Assembly (NCBI GenBank): GCA_049320885.1
Contig: JBMORA010000033.1
Span: 47,500 to 111,499, forward strand
Origin: Thermodesulfobacteriota bacterium
Lineage (GTDB): Bacteria; Desulfobacterota; Desulfobacteria; Desulfobacterales; SURF-7
Direction of reading: 5' to 3'
DNA length: 64,000 bases
This document shows positions 1 to 10,330 of the stretch, piece after piece. The notes under the pieces were generated by a model. The model was not told the DNA's origin, ran no database searches, and saw nothing but the letters and a program-made list of their open reading frames with translations. A program made the translations under genes and the position numbers. Numbering within the stretch: the stretch's first letter is position 1; each line of letters opens with the position of its first letter.

Positions 1-2208
1 AAATGAATCAACTCCAATTCTATAGCTTCCCTCAAATGAGTGCGCATAGTTCTCCATCTCTTGTTTAGCTTCTTCACAAGTCATCTCAGAATTTCTTATT
101 TCTAAATTATACACTCTATCCGCTGGCTTCCCCTCATATGGATCATGATCTTCTTCTCCGCCAGGAAAAACACCGACACCGTTTACAATTCCTCTAACGC
201 CAGTCAGCGCTTCATAGTTACTGACCCGCTTCTCAGGGTACAATCCCCAACTTTTTACATCAGGAGTTCTAGGATTAGCTTCGGACCAATAATGACCCCA
301 CTTGGTTCTCTCTGGATCTTTTTTAAACAGATCAGGATCAATTTGCTTAAATTCAATATCTGTGCAAACCACAATCGATTCTGAAACCGATTGACTGCTA
401 TTCCCCTCACTATTATCGTTTCCTGATTCACTCGATCCATTTGAGTTGGAGCCACCAAAAAGTCCTGCCACACCTCGACAGAAATTTCCTATAGCTCCGG
501 ATATTCCTTCGCCGTCGTCCCAAGAATGGCCAGTCGGATCAATATATTTTAGCGGATTGTTTCTTGCATAAGCATATCGGTTCAAACCTTGCGGATCATA
601 GTAATTAGGCCAAATATTATCCGCACTAACAAACACCCCCAATATCGGATCATACAACCGCGCCCTATAGTTGTAGAGCCCGATCTCGGCATCCTGCTCC
701 TGGTCCGTGAACTTATAGTTCGATACGGTCTGATGATTGCCGGAGCGGTTCTGGCCGAAGGGCATGTATTGGGTGGTTTCGCTGCCGGTAGCGGGATTGC
801 CGCTTGCGTCGGTGACGATGGTGGAGCTGCCGAGGTGGTCCTTGTGATAATAATGGATTTCTTCCCCTTCTCCGGTATTCGTTATCTTCGCGATCCGCTG
901 GTTGTTGGCGAATATATATCTTACCGGCACGCCGTTGACAATCTCGTATTCCCTGGTGACGTAGAGGGTCGTACCGGCGGTTGTCTCTTTCCTGACCCTG
1001 CTGTTGTCCGCATCATACAAGAGGTGGGTTGTACGGGTCTCGCCGTTTTTGGTGTAATCGATCTTCTCCGCCATGTTGTCGATGCTGAAGGTGATCTCGC
1101 GCACGGCCGGAGCGGTGATGTCGCTCAAATCCCAGCCCCTGGTCATGTTGCCTTTGCGGTCGTATTCGAATTGATAGGACGCGCCGTTCCGCTTGATGGT
1201 TTTCACCGCATGGGGGTGGGTAGAATCATAACCGTATTCCATGACGAAATCGGCCGGGTATTTCGGATCGCGTTCCGGGGCCTCCTGCTTCAAGCGATGC
1301 AGGCTGTCGTAATTGTAATACGCTTCAAGCTGATTGGGATTATCCCGGATAAACCGGACGTCTCCCGCCGGAGAATATTGGTATTCCAATTCCTGCAAAA
1401 TGCCGGCTTCAGAAACAGTATATGTCTGGGCCGACGTCATGCGCAGGGAATACGGATCGTACCCGTAATTCGTATAGACGACCCCACCGCCGTATTTTAT
1501 GGAACCGACACTGCCGGACGGATTGTACCCCTCGAACTCGGCATAACCAACATTCCTGACCAGCCCGGTTTTAGGGTAATAGTCGTAGGTCACCGTCCCG
1601 AGCTCATCAGGCCACAGGATGCTCCGCAATTTTCCGGCGACATCGTATTGGTATTTAATCAGATAGCTTTGCTCGCCGATCGCCTTGCCGGTTTTGACGA
1701 CCCGGCCCATGCTGTCATATTCATAGGCCGCCATAACCGTTGCGGGGGTCCGGTGATCCTCCGAGTAATGCAGCCGGCCGACGCCGTTTTCCGGGGATGT
1801 GTCGTAATGAAATTCCACATACCCTTTATCGACGCCGCCGGATAGATAGGCACGCCGGGTGATCCGGCCCAGGGCGTCCGGCGTGAACGCAACGGATTCC
1901 ACCACCGCATCGCCTTCGCCCAGCAGATACTGGCCGGTCAGCACGCCGTTGCGGTTATATTCATACCGCCGGTTGCCCATGTCCGGATCGCTCATCCGGG
2001 TCTTGCGGCCCAGCGTATCGTAAATCATTTCCGTTTTGTTGCCGTAGTGATCCGTGACAGTGAGAAGATCCGATGCGGCATCATAGGCATAAAAGGTCGA
2101 AAAAACCGCTTCGCGCTCGTCGGCTTCATTGTATTCGTCAACTTCGATGATCCTGCCGAGATAGTCGCGTTTCTCCACTTTCCGGTTATTGTCCGGGTCG
2201 GTGATGTT
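1..2208 (-). CDS. RHS/YD-repeat protein fragment with core and C-terminal toxin domain; 5'-truncated, runs off the left edge
   Basis: Manual translation of the frame antisense to ORF 589..1845 has no stop from 2289 to 1. It shows YD repeats (YAYDAASDLLTVTD, YDTLGRK), HYYHKDHLGSSTIVTD, YKFTDQEQDAEIGLYNYRARLYDP and NRYAYARNNPLKYIDPTG. RHS-like sequence starts near 2208; first in-frame ATG at 2028. Confidence 0.9.
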
Positions 2209-2387
2209 TGGAAAATCACATCTTCCGTTCTTAAAACGCTTTTTCCAGCCCCCAAAACATCGTTCTAAGACCCCAAAGTGGCCTGTTTTTTATCCTAACC
2301 AATTGATAGTAATAGGTTCTACTTGGTCCGACAAGAAATCGGAGCGCAGTACCGCACGCGGCGGGCTCGGCACAAGGCATTCGTCGG

Positions 2388-2708
2388 TTAAAAGGGAGAC
2401 TCTTCTGCATCACGATTCCACCCCCAATCTTTTAGCATTTCAATAAAACTTTGCCTATCGTAGGGTTCTTGGCCATACGAATTATCGATAATCGATACTC
2501 CATATCCCATGTTAATAATTTCATTTGTAAATAATTTAACAGAGTCAAATTTATTAACGATAAGCATGCCATTAGGTGGCCCGAAATCCTTTACTAATAA
2601 TTCTGCGAATATTTGGTCACCGGATGGCAGCTTCAATCTATAAGGTGTGACTATTATAAAGCCTATATCTTCTGCAGCCAATTGCCACCTTTTAATTATA
2701 TCACTCAT
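2388..2708 (-). CDS. Hypothetical protein, probable immunity protein
   Basis: AT-rich 106-aa ORF with GAGG SD, 18 bp downstream of an RHS toxin tip. Confidence 0.65.
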   Translation of the reverse strand: MSDIIKRWQLAAEDIGFIIVTPYRLKLPSGDQIFAELLVKDFGPPNGMLIVNKFDSVKLFTNEIINMGYGVSIIDNSYGQEPYDRQSFIEMLKDWGWNRDAEESPF

Positions 2709-2726
2709 AATATTACGTCCTCACGA

Positions 2727-3587
2727 TTATCTGATAGGAATATGTCTTACAGGGCCAACATGTCCGTGCCAAATATTGATATTCCTATCAGGATGTATTT
2801 CAGGGCCTCTTACCGTATTTTCTGGAAAAGGATCTTCAAGTTGTTTATTCAACTCTTTATAAGTACTCATATCATCAGCAGAAATGCCGCCTTTCTTTTT
2901 ATCTTGCTTAGCCATTTCTACTAATGCCTGTTTTTCATCACTATGTTTTCCACATTCAGTGTCAGTCGAGCCTTGATTTTGTTTGACTTGAGGCAAACTT
3001 TCAAGAAGATTATAAAGATCCAATGTGGCCGCGCCTGTCATGAGTCCTGCAGCGAGAATATCACCGAAAGGTAATGGGCCATCCATAATAGCCATATACC
3101 CCGCAATAGGAGCTGCTGCTTGCAGATAAAATTCACCCGTTGGATCAATCAGGTTCACCGGATTATTCAGGACATATCCATACAGATCAGTATCCCCACC
3201 GTCAAAAAGGATCGGATCTTTAGCGGTCCATCGACCTGTCTCCGGGTCATAGTCGCGGTAGCCGAATCGCACCAGCCCGGTGTCCCGGTCATGCAGGCCG
3301 CCGGCAAATCCGAACGGAATTGTGAAGGCGGGGTTCGTGTCCGCGAGTATATACCCGAAGGCGTCGTAGTCAACTGTTTTGATGAGATTGCCTAACGCAT
3401 CCGTCACCGCGCGTAAGGACCCCACTTGATCGTAGAGGAGATAGTAGCGCTGGCCGGAGCGGGTCAGGGAGACGGGCAGGCGGCTGTCCGCGTATTCCAG
3501 GCGCAGGATCAGGTTGTCGGCGCCATCATAAACCGCCAGAAGTTGTGTCAACCCCTGCCAGGGCGGGGGCATGGGGTCACATCTCAA
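2727..3587 (-). CDS. Orphan RHS core plus C-terminal toxin domain
   Basis: YDQVGSLRAVTD, PFGFAGGLHDRDTGLVRFGYRDYDPETGRWTAKDPI, YGYVLNNPVNLIDPTG, then an AT-richer variable tip. RHS-like sequence begins abruptly near WQGLTQLLAVYD. Confidence 0.9.
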   Translation of the reverse strand: MRCDPMPPPWQGLTQLLAVYDGADNLILRLEYADSRLPVSLTRSGQRYYLLYDQVGSLRAVTDALGNLIKTVDYDAFGYILADTNPAFTIPFGFAGGLHDRDTGLVRFGYRDYDPETGRWTAKDPILFDGGDTDLYGYVLNNPVNLIDPTGEFYLQAAAPIAGYMAIMDGPLPFGDILAAGLMTGAATLDLYNLLESLPQVKQNQGSTDTECGKHSDEKQALVEMAKQDKKKGGISADDMSTYKELNKQLEDPFPENTVRGPEIHPDRNINIWHGHVGPVRHIPIR

Positions 3588-3852
3588 AATTTAAGTATTT
3601 TCTTTCCGATCTGATCGACTCGCGCTATCTTAGCGGCACCACCATATCAATCCTTAATATTGTAGATGCGACCGTTCTGTTTCCCCCGCCGCCGTATTTT
3701 ATGAGCATTTTCAGGTCCGCGGAACTTCAAGGATTGAATCCTGTCGAGAAAACCATCGAAGACGCCAGGACTTTGCGCCAAGGTAAAAATGATGATAGGG
3801 TCGGATTCGAATTGGCAGCCTAATTTTCAAAGAGCCAAACTGTTACGAAAAG

Positions 3853-4296
3853 ATGAGGAGGATGCAAGCGGTGTCCATGTCCGATCTGCGAAAAATCGTC
3901 GAACCCTTTGTGCGGAATGTGCTGGGATGCGGCTGTCCGGATGCGGTTTTTGACGATATCCGGATGGTCGATCCAAAGGACGGATTGGCGGGAATGCCGA
4001 TCGATTATCTGCTCCTAATCGGCGGCCGCCTGCTCATTGTCGTCTGCGCATCCGATCCTGATGCGGATATGGCGGCGCATCTGGCACAACTGGTCCATTC
4101 CGGCAGGCAGTTGCGCGACGAGCTTGGCTTCAATCGCTTCCGGTTGGTGGTGCCGCTTGCCGATATGGAATCAACCCGGAAACTCCGGCAGGCCTTCGCA
4201 GCCCTGACCGGATTGGATGATCGCACCCACCTGCATGTCCTGGCGCCGTCCATGCTGCCGACAATCCAGTTCCCGTCGCACCCGCTTCAGGGATGA
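3853..4296 (+). CDS. Hypothetical protein with LGCGCP motif
   Basis: 147-aa ORF with protein-like composition; start codon uncertain. Confidence 0.65.
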   Translation: MRRMQAVSMSDLRKIVEPFVRNVLGCGCPDAVFDDIRMVDPKDGLAGMPIDYLLLIGGRLLIVVCASDPDADMAAHLAQLVHSGRQLRDELGFNRFRLVVPLADMESTRKLRQAFAALTGLDDRTHLHVLAPSMLPTIQFPSHPLQG

Positions 4297-4308
4297 TCCC
4301 TGAGCCAG

Positions 4309-4782
4309 TCATTTCAATTTTTTTTCCATGAAAAGTGCTGTGGGGTCCGGGTTAAATCGATAGGTTCCTATTTCCTTGAAGCCCACGCTTTTATACAACG
4401 CTATCGCTCTGTCGAGCTTCCGGAGCGTGTCCAACCGTACTGCCGTGTAGCCCAGGTCTGTGGCTGTTTCAATAAAACGATCGGTGAGTGCTTTTCCGAT
4501 TCCCTTACCTTGAAAGGAAGGAAGCACATACATGCGTTTCATTTCCGCGATGCCTTCGCCAAGATCGCGCAGCCCAACGCACCCGACAAAATCACCGCCA
4601 ACGCTGGCCAGCAACAGCGCCCCTCTTGGCGGTCCGTACATGACCGGCAAAGAATTCAATTCGGCTTCAAACCCCTGGAAGCACAGATCCACTTCGAGGA
4701 ATTGCTGGTATAACTCAAAGAGCCGCCTTGCTTCGGCGAACTCTGCTGGTTGCGTTGCGGTGATGATCAGCAATTCCGTCAC
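4309..4782 (-). CDS. GNAT family N-acetyltransferase
   Basis: EMKRMYVLPSFQGKGIGKAL acetyl-CoA motif A; AIALYKSVGF. Confidence 0.9.
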   Translation of the reverse strand: MTELLIITATQPAEFAEARRLFELYQQFLEVDLCFQGFEAELNSLPVMYGPPRGALLLASVGGDFVGCVGLRDLGEGIAEMKRMYVLPSFQGKGIGKALTDRFIETATDLGYTAVRLDTLRKLDRAIALYKSVGFKEIGTYRFNPDPTALFMEKKLK

Positions 4783-5609
4783 CGCACGATGAATTCAACC
4801 CGGCGGTTCTGGGAGCGCCCGTCGGCGGTGCCGTTGCCGGCAAAGGGCTTGTCGTAGCCGAACCCCATGGTGATAATCCGGCGGGCGGCGATGCCGTTCC
4901 GGATCATGTACTGCCTCACGGCCTGGGCGCGTTTCCGCGAGAGATTCAGGTTGTAGGTCTGGGAGCCGATGCTGCATGTATGCCCCTGCAACACCACCTG
5001 CGCCTCCGGATCGGCCTTCAGGTCCCGGATGATGTTATCGATGATATAGAAATAAGGCGGCTTGACGATATCCTTGTCAAAATCGAAAATGACGTAGTTC
5101 TCCGGCTCCCCGCCGGCCCCGGAACCATCCCGGGACATTCCGCCCGGCCCGCCGGTTCCATCTGCCCCGCCAGCTCCGCCCGGACCACCGGATGAACCCC
5201 CGGAGCCGCCCCACCGCCCTCCCCGGCCCTGGCGGCCCGGGCAATCGTCGCATATTTTGGTGAGTTGGAACTTATCGCCCTTAGCCGGCGCATATCCGCA
5301 ATCTTCGAAACGGAATTGAACTTCGCCGCCGTCGATCCTCACCAGCCAATGATCCGGGTCCAGTTTGTACATCAGGACCCGCTTGCCTTCTTCCGTTTGC
5401 GGACATATCTTGCCGAATTTAATCGGGTCCTGCACCGTGGCCACATAACTGCCCCCATCGGAAACCAGGGTCAAGGTCTTTGAAACCGGACAGAGCCCCA
5501 GATAGTCGTTGAATTCATAGAAATCAAGGCCGAAGACCGGCTGCGGAAACAGCAGAAAAAAGCCGGCCGCCAGAATCATCGCCATGGAATAAGAACTCTT
5601 GCTGCGCAT
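4779..5609 (-). CDS. Exported protein with C-terminal OmpA-like peptidoglycan-binding domain
   Basis: Signal peptide, Gly-rich linker, IFDFDK...GHTCSIGSQTYNLNLSRKRAQAV...NRRVE. Confidence 0.88.
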   Translation of the reverse strand: MRSKSSYSMAMILAAGFFLLFPQPVFGLDFYEFNDYLGLCPVSKTLTLVSDGGSYVATVQDPIKFGKICPQTEEGKRVLMYKLDPDHWLVRIDGGEVQFRFEDCGYAPAKGDKFQLTKICDDCPGRQGRGGRWGGSGGSSGGPGGAGGADGTGGPGGMSRDGSGAGGEPENYVIFDFDKDIVKPPYFYIIDNIIRDLKADPEAQVVLQGHTCSIGSQTYNLNLSRKRAQAVRQYMIRNGIAARRIITMGFGYDKPFAGNGTADGRSQNRRVEFIVR

Positions 5610-5934
5610 GCGTCATGATCCGCTCTGGAGTGATTATAGTGGACTCTATCCCCGGATTTATCACCGGATGGCATTGCCCGTATTATAGTGTCCCCTTTTT
5701 GTTTTTGCAACTCCTTGTTTCAATTTGCCTTCTGCATGATCTGCGTGAATCGGCGTAATCTGCGGATAGAAAAAATGGGCGGTTGGGCATTCATCGTCCT
5801 TAAAATTGTGGGAAGATGCTTTTTACTTGTGATGTCCATGTCCCGCAGTACCGCCAAACTTGACAAGGTCCGGGCTTGTCTGTAAATGTTTCCTTACGTT
5901 TTGATCCCTTTTTGTAAGTGAACAGGAAAATGTC

Positions 5935-7002
5935 ATGAGCCGTTTCTGGAGCGAAGTCGTCACCGGCCTGAAACCCTATGTGCCGGGCGAACAACCCAAA
6001 ATCACCAATCTGATCAAACTCAACACCAATGAGAACCCCTATGGGCCTTCTCCGAAAGTGATCGAGGCCTTGAAAGCCGAGGTCGCCGACACCTTGCGGC
6101 TGTATCCGGATCCCAATGGCGATTTGCTGAAACAAGCCGTGGCGGACTATTACGCGCTTCCACCCGGCCAGGTTTTTGTCGGCAACGGGTCCGACGAAGT
6201 CCTGGCCCATGCGTTCCAGGCTCTCCTGAAGCATGAAAACCCCCTGCTGTTTCCGGACATCTCCTATAGTTTCTATCCGGTGTATTGCGGATTATACCGC
6301 ATCGACTTCGCGACGGTGCCCCTCACGGAAACATTTGAGATCGACCTGCGGGATTACCTGCGGCCCAACGGCGGCATCATTTTCCCCAACCCCAATGCAC
6401 CCACGGGTATCGCCCTGCCCCTCGGCGCGGTGGAAGAACTCTTGCGCCGCAATACGGAATCCGTTGTCGTGGTTGATGAAGCCTATATCGATTTCGGCGG
6501 GGAAACCGCCGCACCGCTGGTGAACCGCTACCCGAACCTGCTGGTGGTCCAGACATTGTCCAAATCCCGTTCCCTGGCCGGCCTCCGGGTGGGCTTCGCC
6601 ATGGGCCGGGAAGACCTCATCGAAGGCCTGGAACGGGTCAAAAACAGCTTCAACTCCTACCCCCTGGACCGGCCGGCCCTGCGGGGAGCGGCGGCGGCCA
6701 TGGCGGACCGGGCCTATTTCGATGAAACCCGGAACCGCATCATCCGCACCCGGGAAAAGCTGGTGGAAAATCTGAAAAACCTGCACTTCCAGATATTGCC
6801 GTCCAAGGCCAATTTCATCTTTGTCCGGCATCCGGAGCGGGATGCGGCGGAAATCAGCCGCCGGCTGCGGGAAAAATCCATTATCGTCCGCCATTTCCGG
6901 CAACCGCGCATCGAGCAGTTCCTGCGCATCACCATCGGCACGGATGGGGAATGCGACCGACTGGTCGAGGCCCTGGAGACCATCCTGGCGGATCGTTGCT
7001 GA
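5935..7002 (+). CDS. hisC: Histidinol-phosphate aminotransferase
   Basis: [39 protein letters not shown] (PLP lysine). Confidence 0.95.
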   Translation: MSRFWSEVVTGLKPYVPGEQPKITNLIKLNTNENPYGPSPKVIEALKAEVADTLRLYPDPNGDLLKQAVADYYALPPGQVFVGNGSDEVLAHAFQALLKHENPLLFPDISYSFYPVYCGLYRIDFATVPLTETFEIDLRDYLRPNGGIIFPNPNAPTGIALPLGAVEELLRRNTESVVVVDEAYIDFGGETAAPLVNRYPNLLVVQTLSKSRSLAGLRVGFAMGREDLIEGLERVKNSFNSYPLDRPALRGAAAAMADRAYFDETRNRIIRTREKLVENLKNLHFQILPSKANFIFVRHPERDAAEISRRLREKSIIVRHFRQPRIEQFLRITIGTDGECDRLVEALETILADRC

Positions 7003-7026
7003 TTGTCCCTGTTACAAGGCCGACGC

Positions 7027-8475
7027 TCACTCCTCCGGTCCTTTCACCCCGGTCTGGATTTTCAGGCCGTACCGCTCGATGCGGGCCAAAAGGGTCGGCC
7101 GGGAAAGCCCCAGCATTTTCGCCGCCTGGGTGCGATTGCCCTCGGTGATCTTCAGGGCCTCCCGGGTGACAATGCCGCCGAAATAATCCATCATGCTGTC
7201 GAACAGGTTCTCCTCACCGGAGGAAACCAGCAACTCGTGGACCCACTCCCGCAGCCCGGCCTCGAACCCCTCGGCGGAATTGGCCCGGGATGGTTTCCGG
7301 GCGCCGTGATATTCATCCATGGTGTGGAGGATATCCTCCTCGGTGAGCGGAGCCCCCTGGCTGAAGATCAACGCTTTCTGAATGGTGTTGGAAAGCTCCC
7401 GGACATTTCCCGGCCAGGCGTGCCGCCGCAAGGCGTGCAGGGCGGCATCCGACCTGCCGGGATCGGGGATATTCATCTCCCGGCTGTATTTCTGCAAAAA
7501 ATAATCGATGAGCAGCGGCAGGTCCTCCGGTCGCTCCCGCAGCGGCGGCAGGTTCAGGCTGACGACTTTCAGGCGGTAATACAGATCTTCCCGGAACCGG
7601 CCCTCGGCCACCGCCGCCTCCAGGTCGCGATTGGTGGCCGCGATGATCCGGACATCCACGGGAATCGGCTGCCGCCCGCCCAGACGTTCGATGCTCCGTT
7701 CCTGCAGCAGCCTCAGAATCTTCGCCTGGATGTTGTACGGCATATCGCCGATCTCATCCAGAAAAACCGTTCCATTGTTGGCCTGCTCGATTTTGCCCAC
7801 CCGCCGCGTCACGGCGCCCGTAAAGGCGCCCTTTTCATAACCGAACAATTCGCTCTCCAGCAGCGTGTCCGGAATGGCCACGCAATTGATCACCAGAAAC
7901 GGCTTGTCGGATCTCAGGCTGTGCTGATAAATGGCCCTGGCCACCAGTTCCTTGCCGGTTCCGGACTCGCCACGGATGAGAATCGTGGCGTCGGTGGGCG
8001 CGGCCCGGCCGATGGCCTTGTAAACTTCCTGCATGGGTGCGCTCTGGCCCACAATGGCGTCCTGGGTCATGGATTTGGCGGGGGCGTTCATCGTGACCTG
8101 GGAACGCATGAACCGGCCGGCCTGCAGGGCCTTCCCGATGAGTTCGAGTATTTCCGGGATTTCAAACGGTTTGATCACATAATCAAAGGCCCCCATTTTG
8201 GTGGCCTCGATGGCCGTTTCCGTGGTTCCGTAGGCCGTCATGATGATCACCGGCAATTTGGGATTGATCCGGTGCATGATTTCAAACGCCTCCAGACCGC
8301 TCATTCCCGGCATGCGCACGTCCATGATCACCAGGTCCGGCCGGTTCTCCTTGACCACGGCGATGCCGGCTTCGCCGGAATTGGCTGTCAACAATATATG
8401 CCCCTCGCTTGACAGAATCTTCTGAAAGCTCTGCCGCAGTTGCGGATCATCGTCGACAATCAGAATTCTAGCCAT
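7027..8475 (-). CDS. Sigma54-dependent response regulator (receiver, AAA+, Fis-type HTH)
   Basis: Receiver (VDDD, DVRMP), GESGTGKE, GAFTGA, FLDEIG, GNRTQAAKMLG. Confidence 0.95.
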   Translation of the reverse strand: MARILIVDDDPQLRQSFQKILSSEGHILLTANSGEAGIAVVKENRPDLVIMDVRMPGMSGLEAFEIMHRINPKLPVIIMTAYGTTETAIEATKMGAFDYVIKPFEIPEILELIGKALQAGRFMRSQVTMNAPAKSMTQDAIVGQSAPMQEVYKAIGRAAPTDATILIRGESGTGKELVARAIYQHSLRSDKPFLVINCVAIPDTLLESELFGYEKGAFTGAVTRRVGKIEQANNGTVFLDEIGDMPYNIQAKILRLLQERSIERLGGRQPIPVDVRIIAATNRDLEAAVAEGRFREDLYYRLKVVSLNLPPLRERPEDLPLLIDYFLQKYSREMNIPDPGRSDAALHALRRHAWPGNVRELSNTIQKALIFSQGAPLTEEDILHTMDEYHGARKPSRANSAEGFEAGLREWVHELLVSSGEENLFDSMMDYFGGIVTREALKITEGNRTQAAKMLGLSRPTLLARIERYGLKIQTGVKGPEE

Positions 8476-9937
8476 GAATCGCCTCCTTCATCGGCAGGGC
8501 GATGACGAAGGTCGCCCCGGCACCTTCTCCGGGCCGGACATCGATCTCACCACCGTGCTCTTCAATGATGCGTTTTGCTATACTGAGCCCCAACCCGGAA
8601 CCTTCTTCCTTGGAGCTGAAAAACGGCTGAAAAACCTTTTCCTGGAGCGTCTCCGGTATCCCCGGGCCATTGTCGTGAATCTGGATCAGGGCCACCGCCC
8701 CAAGGTTTTCCCGCAGCCCGGTCTCCTCCACGATCTGAATCATGCCACCTTCGCCCATGGCCTCGCAGGCGTTCACCAGCAGGTTCACCAGCACTTCCTT
8801 CAGCTGGTCCGTATCGATGGAAATCTCCGGCAACCGTCCGATCCGCTTCACCTGCACTTCCGTTCGGTAGGAATCGAACCGATGCCGCAGCAACTGCAAG
8901 GTCATATCCACCACGTCCGAGGGACTGGCCGGATGCATTTTCAGCTTCGGCGGCCGGGAATACTCGAGGAAATTCCGTAGAATGGTGTCGATATGGCGGA
9001 TTTCCTCGGAAATGACATCCAGATCTTCCTTCTGGGTCGGCGTCAGCCGCAGGCTGCGTTCCAAGGTGAACAGCCTCATCTTGACGGAGGTCAGCGGATT
9101 CCGAACGCTGTGGGCCACACCGGCCGCCAGCTTCCCCACCATGGCCAGTTTTTCCGACTGAATCAGGTGGGTCTGGCTTTCCACGAGCTTGGCCCGGGTC
9201 TGCCCGATGTTTTCCACCAGGTGGTCCAGCCGGTTCTTGACGGCCTTGACTTCGTCCCCCATGGGTTTCCGCCATTCGCCGTTTTCCATGGCCAGTTCGC
9301 GGATGGGCGTCAAAATCTGCCGCAACAGGACAAGCGTGAGCAAAATACTGATCAAGAGGACGCAGGGAATGGCGGCCCAGGCGAATATCACCATTTTGGA
9401 ATTGGATTTCCGGAACTGGTTGCGCAGATCCTCGATCTGGTTTTCATGGGCGGCCTTGAATTTTTCAGCCAGATCGAAAACGGCGAAAAATTGCTCCCGG
9501 ACCCGCCAGTGACGGTTTTCCCCCTCCTCGCGCTTGCCGTCCTTGTACAGGGCGACCACCTGGTCCCGCTCGAAGACATATCGGATATATCTGGATTCGA
9601 TTTCGTTCAGGATTTCCGTGGCCGCCTCGATGTTGTTGGCCGCCCGGGCGCGGCTCAGCCAGCTTTTGAAATTATTGTGCCGCCCGCCCAGCTGTTCCAG
9701 CCATTTGTCATCACGGGTAAGTAAATAATAGGTGGCCAGGCCTTTCTGCATGACCAGCTCGGTTTCCATCTTCTGGGCCGCGGTCAAGGATTTCACATCC
9801 CGATCCAGCATATCGGCATAGATGCTCTGGACCCGGTAGGTGTACCAGACCGTTCCCAGGGAACCGAAAAGGTTCAACAACGCCAAGGCCGTGATGAGCA
9901 ATAGCAGCCGCTGCCGCAAACTGATGGTTTGAAACAT
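8468..9937 (-). CDS. Membrane sensor histidine kinase
   Basis: Two TM segments, H-box AAGVAHSVRNPL, N/G1/G2 boxes; overlaps the regulator start; ATG at 9937. Confidence 0.93.
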   Translation of the reverse strand: MFQTISLRQRLLLLITALALLNLFGSLGTVWYTYRVQSIYADMLDRDVKSLTAAQKMETELVMQKGLATYYLLTRDDKWLEQLGGRHNNFKSWLSRARAANNIEAATEILNEIESRYIRYVFERDQVVALYKDGKREEGENRHWRVREQFFAVFDLAEKFKAAHENQIEDLRNQFRKSNSKMVIFAWAAIPCVLLISILLTLVLLRQILTPIRELAMENGEWRKPMGDEVKAVKNRLDHLVENIGQTRAKLVESQTHLIQSEKLAMVGKLAAGVAHSVRNPLTSVKMRLFTLERSLRLTPTQKEDLDVISEEIRHIDTILRNFLEYSRPPKLKMHPASPSDVVDMTLQLLRHRFDSYRTEVQVKRIGRLPEISIDTDQLKEVLVNLLVNACEAMGEGGMIQIVEETGLRENLGAVALIQIHDNGPGIPETLQEKVFQPFFSSKEEGSGLGLSIAKRIIEEHGGEIDVRPGEGAGATFVIALPMKEAIHG

Positions 9938-10050
9938 GTCGCCCTTTCTTTCCTGAATGACCCGCCATCGCATTCATTGGAAATCCGGTGTATGGGGTAG
10001 GAAGGTTGCCAAACGGGCCTATTCTATTCGCCGTCACCCGCCCTGTCTAC

Positions 10051-10099
10051 TGTAAAAAAATCCGACACTCCAACGGAAGACCTGTAAAAAAACCAAACA
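10051..10099 (+). promoter_or_regulatory. Tandem candidate enhancer (EBP-binding) sites
   Basis: TGTAAAAAAATCCGACA (10051) and TGTAAAAAAACCAAACA (10083), 32 bp apart, about 100-145 bp upstream of a sigma54 element. Confidence 0.65.
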
Positions 10100-10155
10100 C
10101 CCGGAGCCGGACAGACCGCCCATTTGCCACCTGCCGATGAAATAATTTTCCTTTA

Positions 10156-10168
10156 TATCAAAATATTA
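10156..10168 (+). promoter_or_regulatory. IHF-binding site
   Basis: TATCAAAATATTA matches WATCAANNNNTTR and lies between the enhancer sites and the sigma54 promoter. Confidence 0.6.
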
Positions 10169-10195
10169 TTTCAAACCCCAGCCGCACCGACTCCC

Positions 10196-10211
10196 TGGCA
10201 TGCTCATTGCC
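10196..10211 (+). promoter_or_regulatory. Sigma54 -24/-12 promoter
   Basis: TGGCAT-GCTCA-TTGCC upstream of the operon starting at 10331. Confidence 0.75.
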
Positions 10212-10330
10212 ACCATCCATATCGAACCCATTGCCGGCCGTGCTATTCTGTATGGCAAGCAAAAGTCGTACAAAACCGGATATGGGAAGAAAGGCCATGA
10301 AAAATAAACACTGCGGCAGTTATAAAGCTC

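Noticed and set aside
589..1845. 418-aa plus-strand ORF
   Set aside because: Antisense shadow of the RHS gene; no recognisable motifs
2290..2395. Possible integron attC site (TAAC...GTTAG on the minus strand) after the immunity gene
   Set aside because: The ends do not fit RYYYAAC/GTTRRRY or pair well, the element is not repeated, and no integrase is present
7003..8412. Long alternative ORFs here and at 10692..12083, 17033..18331, 19309..20805, 20762..22054, 30163..31548, 31367..33268, 33296..34966 and 37090..38406
   Set aside because: Antisense shadows of well-supported genes, expected in GC-rich DNA
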